In this document: in pieces, positions 37,024 to 49,331 of the stretch | How positions within the stretch are numbered: the first letter of the stretch is position 1 | How the letters are laid out: each line of letters opens with the position of its first letter | Assembly (NCBI RefSeq): GCF_021869535.1 | Contig: NW_026262679.1 | Span: 118,048,001-118,112,000, forward strand | Direction: 5' to 3' | From: Mytilus californianus | Taxonomy: Eukaryota | DNA length: 64,000 bases | Made by a program: the position numbers and the translations under genes | The notes under the pieces: model-generated | Told to the model about the DNA's origin: nothing | What the model saw: the letters and a program-made list of their open reading frames with translations, nothing else | The model's database searches: none

Positions 37024-38904
37024 CTGTAACCAATAAGAGTATAAACAGTTCTATTATCGTATTGTGGCTATGGATTGCATTATCCATATATTCAATGAGG
37101 TTCTGTTTTTCTTTTCTGTGTAACTTCACATATAATAAATCATAAGGGATGTATTAATGAGTGGCATAAATCAATCTTTAAATGGATCTCACGGAAACCT
37201 GTCCATAGCCTTTCAAAATACAAATTTCATTGATTTATATCATAATAGATAATTTGTATTTCCATTCATCTGACTTGATGAATTTGTAAAAGTATATTTT
37301 ATGAATACAAATTTCTTAATTTAATCTTTGAATAAAGATAGAAGGCCAATTAGCCTAGTGACAATTAAAGTCACCTAATATCAATATTTGGGTTATGGGT
37401 CACTTTAAAAGCAGTTCACAAGATTCTAAAGAGTATAATTTCAAAGTTTTGACAAAAATAACAAGTAAGTCACTCTGTGCGCATTTAAATAAATGATGGA
37501 GATTTTTACCCTATTAAAGCCTCTAAATGTCTTTGATTTGTTTTTGGTGTCACATGGTTGCTTCCTCATTGACGTATACTAATGCTTAAATAATTTTCCC
37601 AAAAAAAAATATTATACATCAATGAAAATTTTAAAATTTAATATAAAATAAGTGGTTCCTACTATCATAAGTCAAAATTAGACAACGAATTCAGTTTCTT
37701 GTTAGGATTGTGACTTTAAAAAAGAGGCGGAAGATACCAGAGGGACAGTCAGTCAAAACACATAAATCGAAGGGGTGCTGACAACGCCATGCCTGTCGTA
37801 AATTGAACGGATCAGATCAAATCAGGGTTAGGGTAATTATACAAATGTCTGAATAATACTTCATCATTGTCGTAAACTGAAAGGTTCAATAGAAATATAA
37901 GTAACATCATTGAATGAAACAACACAACACCGAAATTCAAGTGTATTACATATAGCTCTGTCATCTGCCTCTATAGTCAATTACAATACTTTGCATATAG
38001 CAGATACATAAAGCACGCAACATATTTTGTTTAAGTTTAAATCATATTTACTCAACAATAAATAAAAGAATAGAAAAAAATATTACCGTGGCAGTCTGTT
38101 TTAAAATGCTTTGGACAGGGTGTACGCAGATAACAAAATTGTGTAGAAGTACAAGGATTATTCATTGCGCAAGATTTTTCCCGTGAAACTTCATAGTGCT
38201 CCTGAAATTAATTGTTTTACATACATTTTCTTTATTTATTTACAGTACAATAATTAAATCTGAAGTAAAAATTAAGTAGTGAATTGTCAATGTACAGTGT
38301 TAAAAAATATTGTAATGGCAAGCGACAAAGTATTTTACCTAGCTATAGATATTGACTTCATATAAATCTTATACCAAGCATTTATTGCTATAGTTTGTAC
38401 TTGATCAATTTTGGTTAAATTATTAGGGTGGGTTTCTTCCAATTTTGATAATTATCTAAAAGTACATCTTGTAAATTCTGTGAATTATTATATAAATAAC
38501 TCAAAAAAGTTGATACAAAATAGTAGGGTTTTTAACTTAAGACAGAGGCGAAAGATATCAAAGGGATATTCAAACTCATTTGTCGAAATTGAACTGACAA
38601 TGCCATGGCAAAAAACAAAAAACGACGAAAAGACAAACAACAGAACACAAAACACAACATAAAAAACTAAAGACTGAGCAACAAGAATCCCAAAAAGGAA
38701 AAAATATTAAAGAAAAAATCCAGCTATATATTGAAATAATAAAATTTCCACTATGCAACACCATTTCTTATTTATCCTTCGTGCTCCGATTATAGATAAT
38801 AATGTAGGAAGCACTTTTGATAAATATAATGAGATGGAAAAGTTTTCCAATCTTTTTAGTACATAGGATGATTTAATACACGTGAAGGACGCAACTATTT
38901 TGGT

Positions 38905-39360
38905 ATATATAAAAAAGAAGATGTGGTATGATTGCCAATGAGACAACTCTCCACAAGAAACCAAATGACACAGAAATTAACAACTATAGGTCACCGTACG
39001 GCCTTCAACAATGAGCAAAGCCCATACCGCACAGTCAGCTATAAAAGGCCCAGAAATGACAATGTAAAACAATTCAAACGAGAAAACTAACGGCCTAATT
39101 TATGTACACGTACACATCCAACATCCAATGGATTCAGTGTAAAGATGTCATAAACAGACAGAGAAAAACATGACCTTGTGCAATGCCAAGATACAGGTAT
39201 CGACAGATTGTAGATCTATGAATGTGTATATGTATATAACAATAATATTTAGTTTGCTTTTAGTTTACTGATAACTAAATCGATATTAGTACCAATAAAA
39301 ACAATATTTAATGATCTAATTACAGTGTTGAATTGGTAACCTTTTAGAGCGTACGTAATG
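38905..39360. mobile_element. SINE-like family A copy with internal deletion
   Basis: aaaagaagatgtggtatgattgccaatgagacaactctccac head joined directly to the distal part seen at 9535-9720. Confidence 0.8.
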
Positions 39361-39445
39361 AAGATTATTCATGAAACATGTTTCCTGAAAATGGCAATAA
39401 TTTGTTATTAATATTGAAAAAATTAAGACAACAATTTAAGGTTCC

Positions 39446-39490
39446 TGCGTCCGAAGCGCTTTTCTGGATTCACCTTCATCAGGAACGCTC
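39446..39490 (-). ncRNA. Minimal type-I hammerhead ribozyme motif with intact core
   Basis: Minus strand gcgttc-CTGATGA-aggtgaatcca-GAAA-AGCGCTT-C-ggacgc; stem I gcgttc/ggacgc, palindromic stem III AAGCGCTT, UUC site. Confidence 0.75.
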
Positions 39491-39808
39491 AAAACCGAAT
39501 AGTTGAAAGCCAAAATGAACCGAAACAATTTATGAGCTATATGACCAAAAAGGACATAAAATAATAGCCAAATCCATCTCAGGTCAACTTTGTCTGTGGT
39601 CGTTGAAATCTTGGTAAACTTGTTGTTGGCTATTACCTTCATCTTTTTTCAAATAATCGATTGCAACATTCATTGTTGTTTTTTGTTCTTTGTTGAGTAA
39701 TTCATATATAAAGCATTATATTTGTAGCCCATATGATGCTCGATGACTAAATTAATATTTCATGAGAACTCTTTAATTCATATTTATTTATATGTTAAGT
39801 ATCTTTAC

Positions 39809-40022
39809 CCTGCAGCTTGTTTTGTGCACTTCACAGTAACCTTCGACGTTAGCGCACGCAGGATCGCTTCGTCGTTTGTTTCTAGTTGGAACTTTAAGAA
39901 TGAGTGTGCCTCACTTTGTTGTATTTTCCACGGAGCTTCTATCGCTGCATGGTTTGTGTTAGAAAATTCTACAGAGTTAAAATTCATAGTAAGCAAAATC
40001 TCTATTGAAGTTACAAGTTCGC
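39809..40022 (-). CDS. EGF-vWA gene: coding exon 2 (end of signal peptide + unassigned ~70-aa domain)
   Basis: acatAG acceptor; 214 bp, phase 1-2, open; ELVTSIEILLTMNFNSVEF...KCTKQAAG; donor GG|GTAAAG. Confidence 0.8.
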
Positions 40023-40356
40023 CTATGTTATAAATAATTAAATAGATATATATTAAATAGTTAATGTACTGAAATCTACAATAAATATGAAGATATGGGT
40101 CAATATACCATATTTAGCATCTCATAAAAAATACACTACACATTCTAACATACCAAATTTGCTGCATGTCGAAGTTACGTGTTGCATTTGAAAGTGTTCT
40201 TCCAAATACAAAACAAAAAGTATTTAAATAACTTTATCTAAACCTTACAATAAAGTTTATCGAGTGCGGTATAAACAAATTTTTAAAAAAATGACAGCTT
40301 TCTAATTTATGGTTACAGTTATAGTCATGGTGATATCTGTGCATTAAAACACTTAC

Positions 40357-40396
40357 CCATCAAGGTCAAGATGAACGCGAAATGTGAAGGAAACAT
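40357..40396 (-). CDS. EGF-vWA gene: first coding exon (signal peptide)
   Basis: MFPSHFAFILTLM-G; donor G|GTAAGT; 5'-UTR acceptor tttctcAG at 40404-40405. Confidence 0.8.
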
Positions 40397-41899
40397 CGTG
40401 TCACTGAGAAAGACAAAAATAATATGAGGAATAAATACAAATTGAACAAGTAATCCTGTGTTAGGATGCTAACACAAAAGTCGCCAAAACAGTAATTTTA
40501 TAACTTTATAAGTTTAATAGTTACTACTCTTTAACTTCATGTAATTTGCAGTATTAATATCAAGTATAAAAGGCGTGCAAATTAAGCAGCACAGAATATA
40601 AATGCATGTTTTGTTTGAAGCCATATGGTCTTCACAGATGCATTTATATTTTAAAAGAACGGTCAGGAAAACTATTTAAAAATTATAAAAATAGTACATA
40701 TATTAAAGAAAATACGCTGTAACTCTGTCAAATATTTGGGTAATGTTGGTATCAAAAATAAGTTAACAAAAATAACGAACTCCAAGGAAAATTCAAAACG
40801 GAAAGTACCTTATCAAATGGCAAAATCAAAAGCTCAAACACATCAAACGAATGTCATATTACAGACGAAACGAAAGGTTAAGGACTTGGAATCACTGTAA
40901 AACCCTTGTTGAAAGTTTCTTTTGAGTAATACAAAAATATATGAAATTTAAAAAGGGGGTATATTTGCCCTGTTGTTCAGATCAGTAGCACCTGTACTAC
41001 GAATAACCAGAAACCAACGCGCTTTAATAAGGTATGTTGAAATTTTTAGCGCAAGTTAAGATAAGGTATAGTTTTGACACGGAATGACTGTCACTTTATT
41101 TGAACTTTGAAAAGACAAAATATATATATGAATGCTTAAAATTGCAAAATTCAACACAGAAAGCAATGGGGCTATAAAGTAGTGGTTTTATTCCTTTTAT
41201 ACTGGGGAAGTAACATTTGCTGTAAACACGGTATTTATAAAAAATCTCTCAGACCCAAGTTAAGATTGAAATATAGAGGAATATTCAGGAATTATATCAA
41301 TTGAAAAGTAACGAAACAAGGATAATATTAAGCAAAAAGCAAAACTACATACCCTATCACATTTTTGTTAACACGCTATTTCATGGAAGGATAAATATAT
41401 TCGACAAATATTTGATGCATTTACGACTGTGAATTTAATAGCATCTGTGAAAAAATGGACGTCATTCTGATTAATTTCAGATACTTATGATTCAATCAGT
41501 AACCTTGTCATATATTTCATCTCAATTGATCGCTCTTATCATATATCATGAAGCTTGAAATAGCGACATATCCCAGCAGCTCATCCCTACCACTCATTAC
41601 ACATGTTTTGTATACTTCTCAGTAAATTTTGATTAAAAGTTAGTTAGACCGTAACAAAACAAGATGGGCATAAGGTTGTCAATCTTTGATGTGCTTTAGG
41701 GAAATCTTTCAACATTCAGATTAGATAACTATACGAATCAAAATGTGAACTAAACATTAAAAATTCAATACAATAAGTGTAACATTTCAAAAGCTTATGG
41801 TATGTTTTGCAGTTTACTAAAATGCCAACTGCTATTTTGGTGTTTGTGTGGTATTTTAGGGGACATAGCGTTTTTTTCTTTTCTTTATTCAGTAAATAT

Positions 41900-42270
41900 C
41901 GGCATGTGAGGGCAATAACTCCTATATGGAATTGACTTATGATTTGGGCTATTTTGGAATATATGTAGATCTTGTCTTGCTGATCATTTTTGTTATTTTA
42001 ATTTTAATCTATCTATTATAAATAACTCCTATAAAAAACGACCAACGATTTAAGCAATATTGACTTATTTGTAGATCTTGTCGTGTGGATCATTTTGGTA
42101 TTCAAAGTTTCTCTGTCTATTATAGTTTTCAAAATAATTGCCCATTAAGCAAAACATTGATAAAATCGACAAAGGCCTGTAATTTCAGAGAAATATATTT
42201 TTGTAAAAGTTAACGGACGACGGACGACGACAACGGACGACGAATCCAAGTGGTGAGTATAGCTAAAAAA
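41900..42270 (+). mobile_element. HINE-like element 3' part
   Basis: Duplicated tgtagatcttgtc..gatcatttt core, then ggacgacggacgacgac tract. Confidence 0.5.
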
Positions 42271-42939
42271 AACACGCGCATCAAGATGACAATAACTTGG
42301 TTCAAGACATCCGAATGTATAGTTTTGTCCGAACTGACGAAGAACTAACCACTATCAAATGCAATGCATTCTTACTATTATAGATAATATTTTAATAAAA
42401 TCTTTTAGGCCGTCACGTCAGACAATAACTATAGTAATAATTTACTAGAGTCCGTTCAAAGAAACGATGACATACAAAAAAGGTCGAAATATCCATGTAA
42501 AAGTAACATTTTGAGATCGGTATGAAAGATAAGGATAGAGCTCCGAGTGAATTAATAGTCGGCTTGTTGTTATTTCATACATAAGATGCAAATTGTTTTT
42601 AGAAAAGAGTGTTCAGAACGAACAAGTAGAGCTGAGAGCTATTGCTCACTTATGATATCCCTGCTTTGAATATTCGATAAGCAGGAAGCTGAAGAAAAAC
42701 GAATCTGAACGCATTAAACGGTAGAGTCTGTTCACATGAGACCTGCTAGCAAATTGCCGGAAGCTCTTATTAGCAGTTATGTAAAATTTCATACATGTCC
42801 ATTATATATGTTTAGAATGTATAGTTATTCGTTTAAGATGAAGTTGATGAGCGATGAATCTGAAACTGCGTCACATGCTGGCATAACGTCTTATAACAAT
42901 TTTTAGAAATCTTTTATTTATAGTTCCTTTTGGAAAATT

Positions 42940-43200
42940 CAACCAAAATTTCATACTTGGCAATTATGTTTATAATAAATAAATATACGATAAACAGAAG
43001 CTGGTGAGCGATGAATCTGAAACCGCGTCACACGGTATAACATGCTGATACTGACATAAAGCCAGATAACAAATTTTAGGAGGTTATTATCTGTAGATCC
43101 AGAGAAAATGCGACGGATATTCAATGGGACGAACGGACGAACGGACATATGGACGGACAGACAGACAGGTTAAAACACTATACACCCCTCTTTAGAATAG
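42940..43200 (+). mobile_element. HINE/pearl-like 3' end with (ACGG/ACAG)n tract
   Basis: gacgaacggacgaacggacatatggacggacagacagacagg; partial duplicate at 42850-42900. Confidence 0.5.
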
Positions 43201-44645
43201 GTATAATTATGAACCAATAGGATGTGTGTTTAAGTAAACAATCAATGAATGTCGATTCGTGAAAGCAAACCACACGATGTATTTTTGTTATTTGTGTCGT
43301 TGAATTTCTGTCTCATTGACGTGTTCCTACATATCTTTTTATCTTCACTTTGAATATCAAAATAAACAATCCGTCGAGAAAAGCTTGAATCAACACATTT
43401 ATTATAAACATTATTTTTTACGTTTGAATACATAATATGTATTAAAAAAGGAATAATAACTGACCTTATAACTAACTAAGGGATGCCTCTTCTAGCAAAT
43501 GTAGATTATCTCAAACCAGGCAAAATATTGTATATAATGATTAAGCGTTCTTTATATTATATAGAATGAGGACACATGCATGTATATATGCAATGCTTCC
43601 TGATATGGACTTCTACCACGTCACTGACAATTATACAATGGACTTTCCAAATTTCAAATCAAATTAGTCAATACAAATCCAATGATTATCCACATCACCT
43701 ACTAGTGTACATGATTGTTTTGTAAACGACCAAGGAATTTAACTCTGATTTAAGTAGAAAAGTAAAACAACGACGAATATTTACGTTTTATAAATATTTG
43801 TCAATATCCAATAACAGAAGTCTAGACACATTTATATTTATTTCATATCTGTAAAGAGGTGATCTATTTTTCGTCAATGAAATTAAGAAGTTTAGCAAAA
43901 GTGGGTGAAAAACGATTTTTTTATTCTATTAAAATATACATAAAAAACTTTTTTTTTAATTCAATGTGATTCGAAATTGTTTATACTCGTAAGCAAACCT
44001 TTTTCGAAAAAGTCTGAATTTTGACTGAAATTATAAATGAAACGATGTGTCCCCCTTTCTTGGATGTATTACTTTAACTGCAATGTTTAGTAGTTATCAA
44101 TTCCCTGTCAATTATTATGAAAATTTTAGACTTTTTAATTAACTTAGATTTTATTGTGTTACATCAATGATTATAACCAGAAATAGTTATACTTGTTATT
44201 GTTATAAAACTAAACAACAGCACAAAATAGTCGAAGGTTGTACCATGTAGACAAATTTTTTTAATATCTTTCAATACACAACATCTTCAATGTAATTTAC
44301 GTTTTACCAAACTAGTTTACTTCTAAAGCAGGCTTACTATGTTCATGTACCAAGAGATCAATCTTATTAGCATTTTGCGGTCTCTTCGTGTTTTTTGTAA
44401 CTTGTTTCAAGTATTTTGTCGTTTCTGTAGAAATTATTAAAATTTTGTCTGGAAAGACATAAGATAAAATCTTGCTGTACAACCATTATTGGAAAACTTT
44501 AATCACTGAAGACCGTATGATAAACTCAAGCCATTTTGGTTAACTTGTGGTAATCAGCTGCGATCTATTTTACGTTTATCCTTATTTCATTTCATGGGTA
44601 TTTTTTAATTAATTTCAAAAACGGAATGGATAGAAGCTTTATAAT

Positions 44646-45686
44646 TTATTTATGATTACTGTTATAATCAATTATCAAGCCATCCCATGTTACGCCATTT
44701 TCTCTTTGCTTGAATAAAATTGTCATTGGAAACAAGAAATTCAGTGCCCAGAAATCTCCAAATACAGAACGGTAATTTTGGTTAAAACTGTTCTTCGATT
44801 TAACGTTTATTTTCTTTACAAATTCATACATTGTCATATTACTGGCTACGAACAGTGTTTGTCCACTAAAATATATCATTCCAAAAATGGCACACATACA
44901 TTCAAGATATAAATGCAAAACTAGAAGCACTATATGAAAGCTTATATTCTCTGTTCCAGAAAGCCATCGATAAAATGCAACGACAGGAATAAAATCCATC
45001 CATGAGTATGGGGTATAAAACTCTTTTAAATACTGCACAGTAAAATAAAAACCCAAAGATCCAACCCAAATTGAATAAAATGACCACACGTAAAAATAAC
45101 GTTGATTTTTAAAACCGATACATGTTCCAGCAAAGTAACAATGGTGATCACGTTTTAAAATGCACTTTTTACAAATGTTACAGTGACGTGTTCTAGGCGG
45201 TACATATAATTGACACTTGTCACAAAACGTCCAAGGTAGTTCACCATCGTTGTGTTGATTACTCATCACTTCCGTCGCATATCCATTCGATAAAGTATTT
45301 TCGGAAGCATACGATTCGAAATATTCCGGTGGATTTTCCCACCTTTCTTTCGTGTGAACTGTCGGATTGTCACGAGTCTTTTGAAAGTCAGTACTATACA
45401 ATACTGTGCAAAAATAGTTCATTAACCATTCCAGGTCAAGAAAAACAGCTAATACCTTCATCCAATACTGACCCCATCCATCTTCAAAAAGTCGAGGCAG
45501 AATATAAACCAAGAAAACATACAACTGTGTCGTGGACTGAAAGGCAAACAAAATACGGCAAAATTGTTTGAACGCTATGGTGCTCTCTGAACTATTAGTG
45601 CGACGATTTTTCAATTTTTCCATAAAGGACGATGTGTCCGCAAGTTCTTCTTCTGGTTTAGACATATGTATTCTTACTGTTGCCAT
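44646..45686 (-). CDS. DHHC-type protein palmitoyltransferase (ZDHHC22/24-like), single coding exon
   Basis: CDKCQLYVPPRTRHCNICKKCILKRDHHCYFAGTCIGFKNQRYF, flanking TM segments and MTMYE motif; acceptor ttttccAG at 45697-98 precedes the ATG at 45686. Confidence 0.93.
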   Translation of the reverse strand: MATVRIHMSKPEEELADTSSFMEKLKNRRTNSSESTIAFKQFCRILFAFQSTTQLYVFLVYILPRLFEDGWGQYWMKVLAVFLDLEWLMNYFCTVLYSTDFQKTRDNPTVHTKERWENPPEYFESYASENTLSNGYATEVMSNQHNDGELPWTFCDKCQLYVPPRTRHCNICKKCILKRDHHCYFAGTCIGFKNQRYFYVWSFYSIWVGSLGFYFTVQYLKEFYTPYSWMDFIPVVAFYRWLSGTENISFHIVLLVLHLYLECMCAIFGMIYFSGQTLFVASNMTMYEFVKKINVKSKNSFNQNYRSVFGDFWALNFLFPMTILFKQRENGVTWDGLIIDYNSNHK

Positions 45687-46010
45687 TTTCACTGGCCTGG
45701 AAAAAATAGACAAATTTAATGATGATTTTACTGAACTCAGTGCTAAGAACGATAAGGAAACATTTTATAAATGATAAAGATGATACGTTTATTACAAGGA
45801 TGCATGTTCGGTCTCAATCAAGTGACATGTTACTGTACCGTACTAATGTCTATATTGCCGATGTTTACTTTTTTTTTAATTTCTTTTCTTCGTCATATAT
45901 ATCTTTGCTTTTTTCACAATTTTTGCTATTATTTTCAGGTCCTTTTTGGTCATACAGCTTTTCAACTGTTTCGCTTCTTGTACATCCTTGGCTTTAAAAT
46001 ATTCGGCATT

Positions 46011-46055
46011 GAGCGTTCCTAATGAAGGTAAATCCAGGAAAGTGCTTCGAACACA
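46011..46055 (+). ncRNA. Degenerate hammerhead of the same family as 39446-39490
   Basis: gagcgttc-CTAATGA-aggtaaatcca-ggaaagtgcttc-gaacac; the core G5 is mutated. Confidence 0.55.
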
Positions 46056-46861
46056 TGAAATCTATAAATCTTTGTTTTCATTCTTTAATGTCTTGCAAAA
46101 GGATGCCATGGAGTTCTAACTAAAAAGAGCTAGTTCTGCTTCAGACAGTCTGAACATATGTAAGAGGCTAGGGGTGAGGAAGTTTGCTAAACGTGTCGTC
46201 AACGACTATTTTCAATCTGAAACAAAAATGCTGATACGGTTTAGTTTTTCATTTCTTGAGGTTTAAAAATTTGTTTAAATTATCGATTTTGATTTAGATG
46301 TGTCTCAATCTCATTTTTTTTTTTAAAGTCCTCTCTCATCATTTTATGCCAGTAATCCCAAATAAAGTAATAAGATTTACAGTATTAAATATACTGCACC
46401 AGATGCGCATTTAAACAATTGATGTTATTTCCGTCCAAAATATTTGAAATATAAAACCAAATACGTTAAACGATGAAGTGATGATAAAACCAAACAGCCT
46501 AAACCGAAAAACGGAATCAGATCTATCATATATATAATGCATGCAGCAGATACATTTCTTATTTTAAAAACAGCAAATTTCAATAAAAGATATCCTAATT
46601 ATTTTTAAGCCAGTACTGAATTACTCAGTCGGACTACTGAAATTTTCATTTCAACCACCAAACATTTAAGATGAAAGTATCGTATTGTAACAGAGATCAC
46701 AATGCCTTACAAATTACTAGCACATCTGTTAACATCAACGGATATTTGCTGTGTACATATGCTTAAATATTCCGATTTAGTGGTTGTTTTTGTATTTAGA
46801 GGGATTATCTTAGTCTTGTAGTATAATACACTTTCCGGTAAACGGAAGGCTGTCGTTTACA

Positions 46862-46871
46862 GGGACTTTCC
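46862..46871. promoter_or_regulatory. Canonical NF-kB-type site upstream of the DHHC gene
   Basis: GGGACTTTCC in a locally CpG-richer patch, with CGGAAG (ETS-like) nearby. Confidence 0.25.
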
Positions 46872-48199
46872 CGAGCCAGCTTCGATCCTTGCTTCGATGT
46901 TTGCATTATCCTATTTTCTATATGTTGTTTCTCAGTAAATTGTGTACCTTCTTCGATTTTTTTTTTATTAAAGATACATTGTCATCATATGGTTGCCTCA
47001 AGATATCAAACTCAAAAGAGTCTACTAAGGTATAGAAATATGGTCACATGGACTTTTTCTTTCCGGTAGAAAAATCATTTTTTAAATAGGGGCGTTCGTT
47101 TAGCTCTGTTGGGTGTATCAATGCGTTGCTACTTAAAAATCGATCTCGTGTTATTATTGTATCACACGCTGATTCAAATGTTGATAAAAACGAGGACAGC
47201 CACCTAAAGAAATGTGGCAGAGGTGAACATGCTTGTGAACGCTCAACCTTGTCCTAACCTGGGACAGTGGTGTACCATCCCAACATTAGAACAAACTGTA
47301 GAAATGGACCGGAATATGTGAATGTGATATGATATGAACATTGTTTTGCACAAGACCGACACGCTTACATTAGAATAAGACATTTTCCAAAACATGGGGG
47401 AGAGGATGTAAGGTTCTCAAGAAGGGTTAGCAGATCCTGGTCCACATGTACCACTCGTCGTGTTACTTTCTCTAAAAATCCGTGTTAAAGACTTATCAAG
47501 ACCTTAGTGATTAGACATCATGGAATAGTGGGTTGGTATTTGTTTTTTTCTAACCAAAAGACACCACCAAATTCGTGATCCATCGGTCATGTAAATTTTC
47601 TACCCCACTAAAGGCGTTTTTGACTTTTTTTGGTCCCAATCCCTGTTTGCGCATCGGCATTTTACTTTTATTATAAGACTGGCACGGTTGGGGCTATAAA
47701 TAAAATAGGAATTTACAGGGGTGGAACGTTAGCATTTCTACAGGACTACCTTGAAGTTTTGATTTAGCATTTTTGAGAAAACGGTCGTTATTTCAGATGT
47801 CGCAAATATATCTAACTATGTATATGTATGATACAATAGTAAAACAAAACATTTTCCGGAAAGGGATTTGCAAATGAATGTTAACACTATTTGACAAACC
47901 TTAAATAATATTCCCATACACTGGATAATTAACATCATACATTACACCAGGTTAACACTTAAAATGTTTTGAAGTCGTCTAATAGATAAAAAAAACAGTG
48001 TTAGAATTAAAATGTGTGTATGTATTTAAAAGGATCGAAAGAAACAGAAAAAAAATGTTTATCAAAGAAAAATTGTAAGCAATCGTCTTTATCTATTTAT
48101 CTACGTAGTGTAAAGGTAATGCAAGATCAACACTAACTTTCTGTGTAATAAGGTACATTTTGTAGTTATAATTTCAGATTTTGAATAATAAATTTTACT

Positions 48200-48243
48200 G
48201 CACCAGATGCGCATTTCCACAGTTAATATCTCTTCAGTGATGC
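48200..48243 (-). ncRNA. Degenerate hammerhead of another family; a more decayed relic lies at ~46392-46430
   Basis: Minus strand gcatca-CTGAAGA-gat..gtg-GAAA-tgcgca-TC-tggtgc; the stem II closing pair is lost. Confidence 0.6.
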
Positions 48244-49331
48244 TCGAGGCCAAAATATTTCAAAACCAAAAACCTAATACATGGTGCGGTTTGTGTTGTT
48301 CAGTCTATCATAATAGTTTTCTATGTAGTATATGTGTAGACAGTTTATAGTCTCGGCCTTTCTCGATTTTTGCCATGGTGTTGCCTGTTTCTCTCGACTT
48401 ACTTTTTTTAAGCTGTACATGTATATGTTAATCAACTTTATGGACCTCATCAAAGGTTTTGCTTAAGACAGCGAAATACCCTCGAGTTCGGTATTTTACA
48501 TTTTCGTTTACAGGGTGTTGTCTTCATACACCACTATGCTTCTGATATTTTATAGTTCGATCTTAGACCTAAAAACAATTTTTGATAGGCAAGCAAACCA
48601 TTCGTATTGAAGTCCGAATCTTTTGAAAAGAGTCTAACATATATCTAACAGTTGATTGCATGTTCCCTTTCAATAATGTTGGTATAAATCTGACATAGTC
48701 GTGTCAGTCAAATGCAAAAACAGGATATACTAACGCGAAAGTGCTTCATCGTGTATTGAAATTACATGCAATTTTTTGTTGTTGAGACGTGAGTCATTAA
48801 GGGATATATCTCATACAAAACTTTTAACAGTAGAAGAGTCATAATTGTACATTTTATTTTAATATTAATGATTAGGGCAGAAGGGAGTCAATATTTGAGC
48901 TAGGTTACAGATTACATTCCACTTGTAGAAACTAAAGTTTAGAATAAACCTAAAACATGAAAGAGCAGGTCTTACAAGGAAGAAAAACGTTGTTATCTTC
49001 GATCGTAATATTGCTATTTAAAATGATGCATGATAATTAAGTATGGTACAAAATACGGGTACATTTTAATTAACTTACTTAATTTGCACGATGATTTGAA
49101 TCCGAGGAAGAGTTGAATTTCTGCAGATGATGAAAAAAGAAACCCTCAAATTTATATTATTTGTTTATCTAGCAACAAACCGTACCAACCAGGTAAATTT
49201 CTTTTCATGTTCATTGAGCGTATATACATATAAACAAATCGATACAACTGTCATATTATGTCTATTTACATTTTTTTGAGGTCATTAACCTACCTTTTAA
49301 ATATATAAATATGTAAATGTGAATAAAAGTA

